Part shown: piece by piece, positions 18,232 through 27,808 of the stretch
Layout: every line of letters begins with the position of its first letter
How positions within the stretch are numbered: position 1 is the stretch's first letter
Assembly (NCBI GenBank): GCA_016866785.1
Contig: VGLH01000001.1
Span: 7,356 to 71,355, forward strand
Direction of reading: 5' to 3'
Source: Candidatus Poribacteria bacterium
Lineage (GTDB): Bacteria > Poribacteria > WGA-4E > GCA-2687025
Length of the DNA stretch: 64,000 nt
The notes under the pieces: model-generated
What the model saw: the letters and a program-made list of their open reading frames with translations, nothing else
The model's database searches: none
Told to the model about the DNA's origin: nothing
Position numbers and translations under genes: made by a program

Positions 18232-19542
18232 TCAGTCCTCGAACGCGGGCGCATCGAACAGGCTGAACCGACTGACAAGCGGCGTGTCGCGCGATGCCAC
18301 GATGGTCAGACGGACGCGATTCGTCCGTACCGCCGGGAAACGGTCGAGCTTCTTGTGCCCCATCGTCGTACCGGAGACGATCCGTTGCCACGCCCCTGCT
18401 ACCCATGCGTCGATCCGGTACTCCTCGACGTGCTGACCTTCCGCGATGCGCTCCTGCGTCATCGCCGTGTTGACGCTCACCGGTTCAGCCAACCGGAGCT
18501 CGATCCAGGGCTCCTCGGTTCCGGGTGTGGGCTGCCAGTAGGTTTCGGGGTGGTTGTCAACGGCACAGGCGGCGGGGCTTCCCGCCGTCGCGCTTCTGGC
18601 TCCCGCACGCGCTCCGAGCGCGACATCGCGGCGGAACGAACGGTCGATGGCATCGCGGAACTCGCCCAGTCGGGCGACATCCGGGTCGGCGAAGAGACCG
18701 CGGTCGTTCGGCGGGACGTTCAGCAGCAGGACGCTGTTCCGACCGACGGAGCGGTAGTAGATGTCCATGAGGTGCGGCAGCGTCTTGACGCGCGCGTCCT
18801 CATGGGCATGCCAGAACCATCCCGGGCGGATGGAGACATCGCATTCTGCCGGATACCAGACCTTGCCGCCCACACCGTGGATCGCCGGGTTGGCGTCCTG
18901 CACGCTCCATTCGGTCTCGCGGGCGTACCCGTCTTCGTTGCCGACCCACCGAACGTCGGGACCGCAGATGGCGATGACCGCGTCGGGTTGGTGCTCGCGG
19001 ATGACGGCGTAGTAGCTCTGCCAGTCGTACTCCTGACGCTTGCCATTGGGACCTTCGCCGCACGCGCCGTCGAACCAAGCCTCGCCGATGGGTCCGTAGC
19101 GCGTCATCAGCTCGGTGAGCTGTCGGCAGAAATACTCGTTGTATGCCGGAGAGTCGCCGTAAGTGGGCGCGTTGCGGTCCCAGGGCGACAGATAGATGCC
19201 CAGCTTCATGCCGGCGTCGGCGCACGCCTGGGCGAGCTCGCCCACGACATCGCCCTTACCGCCGCGCCACGGAGAGCTCTTGACCGAGTGGTTCGTCCAG
19301 TCGCTGCGCCACAGGCAGAACCCGTCGTGGTGCTTCGCCGTCAGGATCATGTAGCGGAAGCCGGCGTCCTTCGCCGTCTGCACCCACTGTCGAGCGTCCA
19401 GGTCTGATGGGTTGAACGCGGCGGGGTCTTCGGTTCCCTCTCCCCATTCGCGGTTCGTGAAGGTGTTCACGCCGAAGTGCAGGAACATGGTCAACTCGGA
19501 CTGCTGCCACTCGAGCTGCGACCGCGTCGGCTTCGGGTCCAT
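18232..19542 (-). CDS. Alpha-L-fucosidase (GH29) with C-terminal discoidin-like domain
   Basis: It has AKHHDGFCLW and GH29-like catalytic spacing. I take the internal ATG (MDPKPTRSQLEW) as the start. It is preceded by GGAAGG at a 6-nt spacer. The 91-aa Arg/Ser-rich leader of the track ORF is rejected. Confidence 0.8.
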   Translation of the reverse strand: MDPKPTRSQLEWQQSELTMFLHFGVNTFTNREWGEGTEDPAAFNPSDLDARQWVQTAKDAGFRYMILTAKHHDGFCLWRSDWTNHSVKSSPWRGGKGDVVGELAQACADAGMKLGIYLSPWDRNAPTYGDSPAYNEYFCRQLTELMTRYGPIGEAWFDGACGEGPNGKRQEYDWQSYYAVIREHQPDAVIAICGPDVRWVGNEDGYARETEWSVQDANPAIHGVGGKVWYPAECDVSIRPGWFWHAHEDARVKTLPHLMDIYYRSVGRNSVLLLNVPPNDRGLFADPDVARLGEFRDAIDRSFRRDVALGARAGARSATAGSPAACAVDNHPETYWQPTPGTEEPWIELRLAEPVSVNTAMTQERIAEGQHVEEYRIDAWVAGAWQRIVSGTTMGHKKLDRFPAVRTNRVRLTIVASRDTPLVSRFSLFDAPAFED

Positions 19543-19590
19543 GCGGGTACCTTCCGGGCTGGTTGCGCACCGGTGATGCCGAGAGCGCCG

Positions 19591-19619
19591 ATTATACCGG
19601 CGCTGTGACAGACCGGCAA
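19591..19619 (-). promoter_or_regulatory. Candidate sigma-70 promoter (TTGCCG-N17-TATAAT) for the fucosidase gene. Its -10 element sits in the loop of a 7-bp inverted repeat.
   Basis: The minus strand reads TTGCCGgtctgtcacagcgccggTATAATcggcgct. A perfect TATAAT hexamer stands out in this G+C-rich DNA. The palindrome AGCGCCG-N7-CGGCGCT at 19584..19604 is centred on it. Confidence 0.35.
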
Positions 19620-19669
19620 CTCTGCGTGGATCGTCCGACGTGGTCTGGATCACCGGGCGCTGAGGAACG

Positions 19670-21913
19670 CTACCCGATGCCTGCGAACCGGAGACGCCCC
19701 CGCCAGCGTCGTCGTAGCTGATCCCTGAGCACGTGGTGATCCTCGGACGAAAGAGAGGGGTCGCTGGCGACGATGGACTCCGCCTCGCAACGGGCGACCT
19801 CGAGCACATCGGCATCGCGGATCAGGTCGGCGATCCGCAGCGTGGGCGTGCCCGACTGCCGCGTTCCGAGAATCTCGCCGGGCCCTCGGATCGCCAAGTC
19901 CTCTTCAGCGATCTCGAACCCGTCAGTGGTACGGAGCATTGCGGCAAGACGGCGTTTGCCTTCGTCCGTCCTGGGGCGGCCGACCAAGGCGCAGTAGGAC
20001 GCATGCTCGCCGCGGCCCACACGTCCTCGAAGCTGATGCAGTTGAGCCAAGCCGAATCGCTCGACGTTCTCGATGACCATGATATTGGCATTGGGCACGT
20101 CGACCCCGACCTCGATGACGGTCGTCGAGACGAGGATATCGACCAGTCCCTGCTGGAACCGCTGCATCGTGCTGTGGCGCTCGTCCGAGGACAGCCTGCC
20201 GTGAAGGAGGGCGACCCTCCGGTTCGGAAACGCCGCAGCCAGGCGTTCCGCCGCCTCGGAGGCTGCCTGCACGTCCTCCAGCTTCTCCGATTCCTCGATC
20301 AAGGGGTAGACAACGTACGCCTGCCTATCCTTCGAGAGCTGATGTTCGATGAACCGATAGAGCTGCTCCCGATCCTCGTCGGAGAACTGCTTGGTCTGGA
20401 TCGGCTTCCTACCGGGGGGCAGTTCGTCGATCACCGACACGGCGAGGTCGCCGTATACCGTGAGCGCGAGCGTGCGCGGGATGGGCGTCGCGGTCATCAC
20501 GAGCGTATCCGGCATCCCGCCCTTCTGCCGGAGCTTGTCTCGCTGGAGCACGCCGAATCGGTGCTGCTCATCGGTCACGACCAAGCTCAAGTGCGCGAAC
20601 TCGACTCCAGATTGGATGAGCGCGTGGGTTCCGACAACGACGCGCGCCGACCCCGACGCGATGGCTTCGAGGGCAGCGCGCTTGTCGCCAGCCGACATAT
20701 CCCCCGTAACGAGACATGGTTCCACCCCAATCGGCGACAGAAAGCACCGGAGCGTATCGTGGTGCTGTTCGGCGAGGATTTCCGTCGGAGCCATCATCGC
20801 TGCCTGATACCCGCTCTCGACCGCGTGCAGCATCGCGACGGCAGCCACGACCGTCTTGCCCGATCCCACATCTCCCTGCAACAGTCGGTTCATGGGCTTG
20901 GGACGTGACATATCCGCCTCGATCTCGTCGAGCACCCGACGCTGCGCGTCTGTCAGCCGGAAGGGCAGGCTGCTCAGCAATCGACGAGGCGAATCGCCAT
21001 CGATCCGGTGCGCGAGACCTGCGGGTCCATCCTCCGCAGCCCGGCGTCTGAGCAACAACCCCAGTTGGAGTCCAAGGAACTCGTCGAAGACCAACCGACG
21101 CCGTGCGACTTCGGCGTGACCTGGGCTCGATGGGAAGTGGACCTCGCGGATCGCGTCGCCCGCGTGTATCAGGTTCAGCCGGTCGCGTACGTCGGTCGGA
21201 AGCGGCTCCGGGTAGGCGTCGGCGTATTGGCGGACCGCGATGGAGGTCAGCGACCGCAGAGCGCGCTGACTGATCCCTTCGGTAAGTCGATAGACCGGAA
21301 CCAATCTGCCTGTGTGGACGAGCTCGGCGTCGTCGTCGGATAGGACTTCGTACTCGAACGTCGTCGACTCTACGGCAGGCTGCCCGCGCGGGCTCCGGCG
21401 GAACTGCCCGCTGACGACAATCACATCTCCAACCTTGAGCGACCGCTTCAGGTACCCTGCTCGCTTGCCGAACCCGACCAGCGCGGCGACGCCCTTGCCG
21501 TCAGAGATGATCGCCTTCGACACCTTGGGCGCGTTCGACCGGCGTACAGGGACGTCCACATGGTTCACGACCCTTGCTTCGACCGACACGACGTCGGACG
21601 CGTAGCCGACGCGGTCGAGAGTCACCATCCGGCTTCTGTCCAGGTATCGAGTCGGGTAGTTCTCCAGGCAGTCCTCGACCGTCTTGAGACCCAATTTCTC
21701 GAGCAGACCGAGTCGACGGGCGGTCATGCGCGACAGCTCGGCGACGGGCATCTCCAGCCGCTGGCGATCGCCCGGAAGCACTTGAGGGGACGTACCTTGT
21801 GGCGATGGGCGTGTCTTCGGCGCTTGGGGCGGCTGAGATGACGGTCGTGGGTCGGTCGCAGGTTTGCCGTCGGGCTCTGAGGCGAGGTCGAACGAAAGCT
21901 GGGGGTCCTTCAT
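19670..21913 (-). CDS. recG: ATP-dependent DNA helicase RecG
   Basis: It has a wedge/OB N-terminal region. The Walker A motif is GDVGSGKT, the helicase motifs are DEQHRFG and TATPIPRT, and the C-terminal helicase domain has QLRGRVGRG. The start is set at the ATG (MKDPQL) because rel ends at 21960. Confidence 0.85.
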   Translation of the reverse strand: MKDPQLSFDLASEPDGKPATDPRPSSQPPQAPKTRPSPQGTSPQVLPGDRQRLEMPVAELSRMTARRLGLLEKLGLKTVEDCLENYPTRYLDRSRMVTLDRVGYASDVVSVEARVVNHVDVPVRRSNAPKVSKAIISDGKGVAALVGFGKRAGYLKRSLKVGDVIVVSGQFRRSPRGQPAVESTTFEYEVLSDDDAELVHTGRLVPVYRLTEGISQRALRSLTSIAVRQYADAYPEPLPTDVRDRLNLIHAGDAIREVHFPSSPGHAEVARRRLVFDEFLGLQLGLLLRRRAAEDGPAGLAHRIDGDSPRRLLSSLPFRLTDAQRRVLDEIEADMSRPKPMNRLLQGDVGSGKTVVAAVAMLHAVESGYQAAMMAPTEILAEQHHDTLRCFLSPIGVEPCLVTGDMSAGDKRAALEAIASGSARVVVGTHALIQSGVEFAHLSLVVTDEQHRFGVLQRDKLRQKGGMPDTLVMTATPIPRTLALTVYGDLAVSVIDELPPGRKPIQTKQFSDEDREQLYRFIEHQLSKDRQAYVVYPLIEESEKLEDVQAASEAAERLAAAFPNRRVALLHGRLSSDERHSTMQRFQQGLVDILVSTTVIEVGVDVPNANIMVIENVERFGLAQLHQLRGRVGRGEHASYCALVGRPRTDEGKRRLAAMLRTTDGFEIAEEDLAIRGPGEILGTRQSGTPTLRIADLIRDADVLEVARCEAESIVASDPSLSSEDHHVLRDQLRRRWRGRLRFAGIG

Positions 21914-21959
21914 GCTGCCCTGTCGTGCGCCGTTCCTGAGGCCGCCGCGCACCACGACA

Positions 21960-24092
21960 CTAGCCTTGATGGCGCCTGGATACCTTGCGCACGCCTCGCA
22001 CGCGGGCGAGGGCTGCCACGATCTTGTCGAGCTGATCCCGACTCGTGACATCCAGCGAGAACTCGTGCACGGCGGTGAACTCGTCCGGCGTCGTCACTTT
22101 CGCGTTGAAGATGTTGGCTCCCGAGGCGGCGATGACCTCAGCGACGTCGCGCAGGAGCGCGACTCGGTCGTTGCTCTCCAAGACGATCGCCGTGCGATAC
22201 GTTCCCTTGCCGGTCGATGACCACTCGATGGGCTGGATCCGCTGGAACTCCCCGGCAATGCGCGGACAGTCGAGGGCATGGATGGTGACGCCCCGACCGC
22301 GCGTCACGTATCCCACGACATCGTCGCCCGGAATCGGCTGACAGCACTTCGCGATACGGGTCTCGGCTTCGGAGATGCCATCGAGTCGTGCGTCCACCAT
22401 CTGGCGGTGACGCTTCGCGGGTTCAACCGCCTCCTCTTGGCGTTCCTCCGGCGGAACGAGTGTGTGGTACACCCGTTGTGGTGAGATTTGGCCGTTGCCT
22501 ACGTCAGCCAGGAACTCCTCGACCGTCTTGTGGTTCAGCCTGGTCGCCAGATCGCTGAGCACGGCGGGCTTGAGCAGCGCGCGCGGGTTGCGTCGGTGTG
22601 AGCGGAGCTCCGCCTCGATCAGCCGTCTTCCGAGCTGAACGCTCTGCTCGAACTCCTGCGCCCTCAGCCAGTGGTTGATCTTGGTTCGCGCGCGCGACGT
22701 CTTGACGTACTTGAGCCAGTCGCGGCTCGGATGTGCATCTGGGCTCGTGAGGATCTCGACCTGATCGCCGCTGCTCAACTCCTGCTTCAGAGGCACGATG
22801 GAGCCGTGCACCTTCGCCGCCGAGGTGTGAAGCCCGACGTCGGAGTGGATCGCGAAGGCGAAGTCGATGGGCGTCGCACCTTTGCGGAAGATCTTCATCT
22901 GGCCCTTCGGCGTGAACACGAAGATCTCCTCCTCGAAGAGCTCGCCTCGCATCGACTGAATGAACTCCTGCGGGTTCCGCACCTCCTGGATCTGTTCGAC
23001 CAGGCCGCGGAGCCATGCGAACCGGTCGATGCTCCGGGACGATGGGCGGTCGCCATCCTTGTAGCCCCAGTGAGCCGCCACGCCCAGTTCTGCGATCCGG
23101 TGCATGTCGTGCGTGCGGATCTGCACCTCGGCGGGACGACCGCCGTCCATGATGGTCGTGTGGAGCGACTGATACATGTTCGTCTTGGGCACCGTCAGGT
23201 AGTCTTTGAACCGATCCGGCATGTGAACCCAATGCCCGTGGATGATCCCAAGAGCCAGCCAACAGTCGGCTGGCGTATCGACCAGCACGCGGAAGCCGAT
23301 CAGGTCGTAGATGTGGTCGAATGGAACCCCGCGCACCGTGATCTTCCGATAGATGCTGTACAGGTGCTTAGGCCGGCCGAAGACCCGCGCTGCGACGTTG
23401 CCATCCCGCAGGATCGCCTGGATTCGGTCGACCATCTCCTGCGTGTAGGACTCGCGCTCCCGCCGCTTGTCGTGAACCCGCTGCGCGATGTCTTTGTAGG
23501 CTTCCGGGAAGAGGCACTTGAAGGCGAGGTCGTCGAGCTCGGTGCGAACGCGCGCAATCCCGAGACGGTGCGCCAACGGAGCGTAGATCTCCAGCGTCTC
23601 CTGCGCGGTCCGGCGACGCTGGGCGTCCGACATGTAGTCGATGGTCTGCATGTTGTGGAGGCGATCCGCCAGCTTCACGATGACCACGCGCACGTCGCGT
23701 GCCATCGCGAGCACCATCTTCCGGTAGTTCTCAGACTGGTGTTCATCGAGGCGCAGGTATTCGATGCGGCCGAGCTTGGTCACGCCGTCGACGACATGAG
23801 CGACGATCGGGCCGAACTCCTTCTCGAGCTCTTCGACCGTCACGCCGCAATCTTCGACCACGTCGTGGAGTAGACCGCCACAGATCGCCGGCGAATCCAT
23901 GCGCAGATCGACCAGGATACGAGCCACCTCGAACGGGTGCACGAAGTACGGGCAACCGGACCGGCGCAGTTGTCCCACGTGAGCGCGCTGGGCGAAGTCG
24001 AACGCCTTGGCGACCGCGTCCACTTCGTCGGGTCCGATTGCCGCGAGGTGCTCCCGCATGTCCGAGAGCAATGTATCCAGCCGAGCTTCCAT
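21960..24092 (-). CDS. rel: Bifunctional (p)ppGpp synthetase/hydrolase Rel/SpoT
   Basis: It has the HD hydrolase motif HDVVEDC and a RelA/SpoT synthetase domain (YRSLHTT... / GRPKHLYSIYRK). TGS and ACT domains are at the C-terminus. Confidence 0.9.
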   Translation of the reverse strand: MEARLDTLLSDMREHLAAIGPDEVDAVAKAFDFAQRAHVGQLRRSGCPYFVHPFEVARILVDLRMDSPAICGGLLHDVVEDCGVTVEELEKEFGPIVAHVVDGVTKLGRIEYLRLDEHQSENYRKMVLAMARDVRVVIVKLADRLHNMQTIDYMSDAQRRRTAQETLEIYAPLAHRLGIARVRTELDDLAFKCLFPEAYKDIAQRVHDKRRERESYTQEMVDRIQAILRDGNVAARVFGRPKHLYSIYRKITVRGVPFDHIYDLIGFRVLVDTPADCWLALGIIHGHWVHMPDRFKDYLTVPKTNMYQSLHTTIMDGGRPAEVQIRTHDMHRIAELGVAAHWGYKDGDRPSSRSIDRFAWLRGLVEQIQEVRNPQEFIQSMRGELFEEEIFVFTPKGQMKIFRKGATPIDFAFAIHSDVGLHTSAAKVHGSIVPLKQELSSGDQVEILTSPDAHPSRDWLKYVKTSRARTKINHWLRAQEFEQSVQLGRRLIEAELRSHRRNPRALLKPAVLSDLATRLNHKTVEEFLADVGNGQISPQRVYHTLVPPEERQEEAVEPAKRHRQMVDARLDGISEAETRIAKCCQPIPGDDVVGYVTRGRGVTIHALDCPRIAGEFQRIQPIEWSSTGKGTYRTAIVLESNDRVALLRDVAEVIAASGANIFNAKVTTPDEFTAVHEFSLDVTSRDQLDKIVAALARVRGVRKVSRRHQG

Positions 24093-24098
24093 ATCGGT

Positions 24099-26681
24099 CT
24101 ATCCTGTGCCAGAACGTCGCATGGTTCGCCGGTGCCGGTCCAGCACCTCCCAGAAATCACGCGGTGTCGCGCGTAGCCATCGCTCTCCCCGAAGACGCTG
24201 GCGGAGCCGCGCTATCCTGAACTCCCGGAACGTCGCGGAATCGTCGAGCGAACCTGTCGCGGCCTCGATTCGTGCGAACGACGGAGTGTCGCCTTCGTGG
24301 CGGCTCAGCACGCCGATCTCGACCAGCACATCGGCGACACGCTGCACCGTGCCTGGATCCAAGCCGCTCTCGACGGACCAGTCAGCTAGCGCGACGGCTC
24401 CGCCGACCCGTGCTGCGACCGTCCTATGGACCCTGAAGGCTTCGCGCAACGTCTCCTCCGAAGGATGGTCCGCTTCGACCTGTCTCGCATCCGCGACGAT
24501 GTCTCGCTCGTTGAAGAGCAGCACGATGCGACCGGACGCGGTCTCCAGGTCTGGCGCCCCGACCCAACGCATCAGCAACGGCTCGCAGAGCGCACAGAAC
24601 GCGGGATCGTCAGACGGGGCATGGCACAGCACTATCTGGTGTATCAAAGCCCAATCGGATGGCGGCACGGCGTGATCGACCGCCTCCGACGTGAGCAATG
24701 CCGTAACGTCGCCCGCGATGAGCTGCTGCGCCCCAGCCTCGTCCTCGCCGCAGGACACTCCCATACCGTCGAGTAGCTCGCGCGCCTGCTCTGCCGCTCG
24801 CGCGTCTCGCACGTAGACCAGAGAGGGCTCCCCACGGAGCAACACATCGGCTAGGGCGTCCGCCTTGCTGGTCTCGCGACGCCTATCCTCTATTCTAACC
24901 CATGCGGCGGTTTCGTGCGGGGGGTAGATTCCCGTGCTTCCGGCGGGACGTACCGACCAGTGATCGACGCTGATCTGCGGTCTGCTGGTGTTCCCGTACT
25001 CGTCGATTTCGACGACGCCCGCCACATCGACCTCGACCCCTGAAGCGCTCAGCGCGACGGCGTCCTCGGTGTGACGCCACCGGATCGCCCGGATCGAGTA
25101 GGGCTCATCGACGAGCGTCACGCCGAGGTGTGTCGATTCCTTGCCGAACAAGCGTGGCGCGCCCTGCACGCGAAGCCCGCGAATGCCGACGCGAGGCTGC
25201 GGGTTCCCTTCGCTGAAGGGGTCCAGAGCCGCTGTTTCGCGGATGGCTTCGATGGTGAGTTCGCTGAGGGGGATCACGGAATCGAGCCGGAGCTTTGGGG
25301 CGATATCCGTTTCCGATAGGCGTTCGCGAGCCACCGCAAGGAACCGCCTCCCCAGCGATCTGGCGCGGTCCCTCGTCACGGTCAGACCGGCAGCCGCGCG
25401 GTGTCCGCCGAATGTCACCATGAGCTCGCGGCACTCGAGCAGGGCGTCGTGGATATCGAACTCCGGGATGCTTCGAGCCGACCCCTTCCCGATGTCCTCC
25501 TCCATGCCCACGAGGACCGTCGGCATCCCGTATCGCTCGACCAAGCGCCCAGCGACGATGCCGACCACTCCCGGATGCCAGCCGTCACGGCAGAGGAACA
25601 GAGCTCGCTCGCGCTCCAACGCTGCCCGATCGCTGTCCACTTGTGCGCACGCATCCTGGAAGATCCGTTCCGTCAGCCGTCGGCGCTCTTCGTTGTCGGC
25701 GTGCAGCTCACGGGCGATCTCCTGGGCTTCCATGTCGGAGTCCGTGATCAACAGCCTCACGACCTTCCGGGCGCTGTCCAGCCTGCCCGCCGCGTTGATC
25801 CGAGGTCCGAGCTGCCATCCGACGTGGCGACCCGTCAGCGTGGTCTCAGGCTTGATGCCAGCGACCTCGCAGAGCGCGCGGATTCCCGGACTGTTGCGCC
25901 GGTTCAGCACTTCGAGTCCGAGCTTGGCGAGCGCGCGGTTCTCGCCGCGCATCTGCGCCATATCAGCGATGGTGCCCAGCGCCACCATCCCGAGTTGGTC
26001 GAGGAGCAGTGGGTTCCTGTCCGCATCCAGCGATCCTCCCACCAGCGCGTGAGCGAGCTTGAACGCCAGCCCGACGCCCGCGAGTTCCTCGAACGGGTAC
26101 GTGGAACCGGGCAGCTTGGGGTCGATTACCGCGACGGCGGTGCCTTCGCGCGGCAGGCGGTCTTCGTCCGGGCTATGGTGATCCGTGACGATGACATCGA
26201 TGCCGAGCTCGTGGGCTGACTCGATTGGACCTTGAGCCGTGACGCCGCAATCGACCGTGACGAGCACTCGTGTGCCGGACGCATGGATCGCATGGATCGC
26301 GTCGGTGTTGAGCCCGTAGCCCTCCCGGGCTCGCTCCGGGATGTAGTGGTCGACATTGGCTCCAAGGGCTCGGAAAACGCGCAGGAGGATCGCCGTCGCC
26401 GTCGTGCCATCGACGTCATAGTCACCGTAGATGGTGATACGGCTCCCGTCGCCGATTGCCCTGCGGAGGCACTCGACCGCAGGCTCCATGTCCGGCAGAG
26501 ACCAGGGATCGTGGATGTCGTCGAACGTGGGATGGATGAACGCGCGCGTCTCGGCAACCGAAGCGATGCCCCGGTTCAGCAGCAGATGAGCGACAAAGGG
26601 CGTTACGCCTGCGTCGACGCTCAGCGCGGCAACCGCCGGGATGTCATACGGCGCGGCGTGCCAGACTCGTCTGTCCATCAC
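24099..26681 (-). CDS. recJ: Single-stranded-DNA exonuclease RecJ with a long C-terminal extension
   Basis: It has DHH (DYDVDGTTA, DHH) and DHHA1 (GGHRAAAG) motifs, and the start is a GTG. The roughly 290 aa beyond the usual RecJ core have no recognisable domain. Confidence 0.85.
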   Translation of the reverse strand: MMDRRVWHAAPYDIPAVAALSVDAGVTPFVAHLLLNRGIASVAETRAFIHPTFDDIHDPWSLPDMEPAVECLRRAIGDGSRITIYGDYDVDGTTATAILLRVFRALGANVDHYIPERAREGYGLNTDAIHAIHASGTRVLVTVDCGVTAQGPIESAHELGIDVIVTDHHSPDEDRLPREGTAVAVIDPKLPGSTYPFEELAGVGLAFKLAHALVGGSLDADRNPLLLDQLGMVALGTIADMAQMRGENRALAKLGLEVLNRRNSPGIRALCEVAGIKPETTLTGRHVGWQLGPRINAAGRLDSARKVVRLLITDSDMEAQEIARELHADNEERRRLTERIFQDACAQVDSDRAALERERALFLCRDGWHPGVVGIVAGRLVERYGMPTVLVGMEEDIGKGSARSIPEFDIHDALLECRELMVTFGGHRAAAGLTVTRDRARSLGRRFLAVARERLSETDIAPKLRLDSVIPLSELTIEAIRETAALDPFSEGNPQPRVGIRGLRVQGAPRLFGKESTHLGVTLVDEPYSIRAIRWRHTEDAVALSASGVEVDVAGVVEIDEYGNTSRPQISVDHWSVRPAGSTGIYPPHETAAWVRIEDRRRETSKADALADVLLRGEPSLVYVRDARAAEQARELLDGMGVSCGEDEAGAQQLIAGDVTALLTSEAVDHAVPPSDWALIHQIVLCHAPSDDPAFCALCEPLLMRWVGAPDLETASGRIVLLFNERDIVADARQVEADHPSEETLREAFRVHRTVAARVGGAVALADWSVESGLDPGTVQRVADVLVEIGVLSRHEGDTPSFARIEAATGSLDDSATFREFRIARLRQRLRGERWLRATPRDFWEVLDRHRRTMRRSGTG

Positions 26682-26782
26682 CGGTTCCCGGCTGCGGACT
26701 CAGGTGCTGCGGCAACGTGAGCGAGGCATGCACCCGTGCTGACGTTCACTGCGGACGGGCGGTTACGTCGCATGCAGATCGG

Positions 26783-27808
26783 TCACGCACTCAGTCGCTC
26801 GCTCGCTCGTCGGTACAGGTGTCGCACCCGAGCCGACGGCTCGTGGGAGGCGACCGCTCCGCGCCCGAGCAGGTTCATCAGTCGTTCGTACCGATGTCTG
26901 CCTGCCCAAGATGATCGCGACGACGGGTCGCCACCCCTGAGAACGCGCTCCAACGCGACCGACAAGAACACGACGACGTGAGCCTCCAGGGCTGCGGGAT
27001 CGAAGTACAGACCGTCCCCGAGCGCATCCACGAGCTCGGCTGACACCGATTGCACGAAGTTCCCATCTGGCGTCGAACTGCCGAGCGCGATGAAGTACTG
27101 GGCGATGCGCCGCTCATTCCAGTCCCAGCCCACCGTCGACCAGTCTGCGAACACGACCGCATCGGCGTTCACCAGCACGTTGCGGGCATTGTAGTCGAGT
27201 GAGCCAATCGTTGGCTCGGAGCTCTGTGCCGCGTCCACAACTCCCAGCCACGCGTCCTCTGCCGCCGCCGACGTCTCGCTGGTCCAGAGCCCTGCGAGCC
27301 GAAGGACGTGCTCCAGGGCTTTGTGAGCATCGTCCACATGGTAGAGGAAGTCGCTTCCGAGGTAGGCGTCGTAGTCCATCTCGAAGCAGTATGGATCGAT
27401 CTCTGACTCGTGAGCGTCGATTCCCCGTTGGAGGCTCCTGAGATTCCGCAGCCCCATCGTGGCGATGCGGGAGGCGCGACACGGGTCGCGCTGGCACACA
27501 TCATCGAAGGTTCCGTCGCTGAACCAACGAGTGACCAGCAAGCCTGCCTCTTCGTCGAGCCCAACGGGTTCGGGAACGCAGTCCCCCGTGCCGTGGAGGA
27601 GCGACAGCATCGCCCATTCGGTGTCGAGGCTGTCGTATCCGCCGCGCGTCTGCGCTTGCCGCGCCGACAGGTGCTTGACGGCGTATACCTCGCCGGACGG
27701 CGTGCCCACGCGCCAGACGCGTCTCCCCAGGCGAGCGCGGTCGGAGACAGGAGACAGCGTAACGGAGTCCGCGCCGACCAGAGCACACACAGTTGACTCG
27801 ATGGTCAT
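26783..27808 (-). CDS. Aminoglycoside-phosphotransferase (APH)/protein-kinase-like fold phosphotransferase
   Basis: It has the catalytic loop DYNARNVLV and a DxS/DW metal-binding region (FADWSTVGWD). The internal ATG (MTIESTV) overlaps the mtnP stop in an ATGA arrangement. Confidence 0.55.
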   Translation of the reverse strand: MTIESTVCALVGADSVTLSPVSDRARLGRRVWRVGTPSGEVYAVKHLSARQAQTRGGYDSLDTEWAMLSLLHGTGDCVPEPVGLDEEAGLLVTRWFSDGTFDDVCQRDPCRASRIATMGLRNLRSLQRGIDAHESEIDPYCFEMDYDAYLGSDFLYHVDDAHKALEHVLRLAGLWTSETSAAAEDAWLGVVDAAQSSEPTIGSLDYNARNVLVNADAVVFADWSTVGWDWNERRIAQYFIALGSSTPDGNFVQSVSAELVDALGDGLYFDPAALEAHVVVFLSVALERVLRGGDPSSRSSWAGRHRYERLMNLLGRGAVASHEPSARVRHLYRRASERLSA

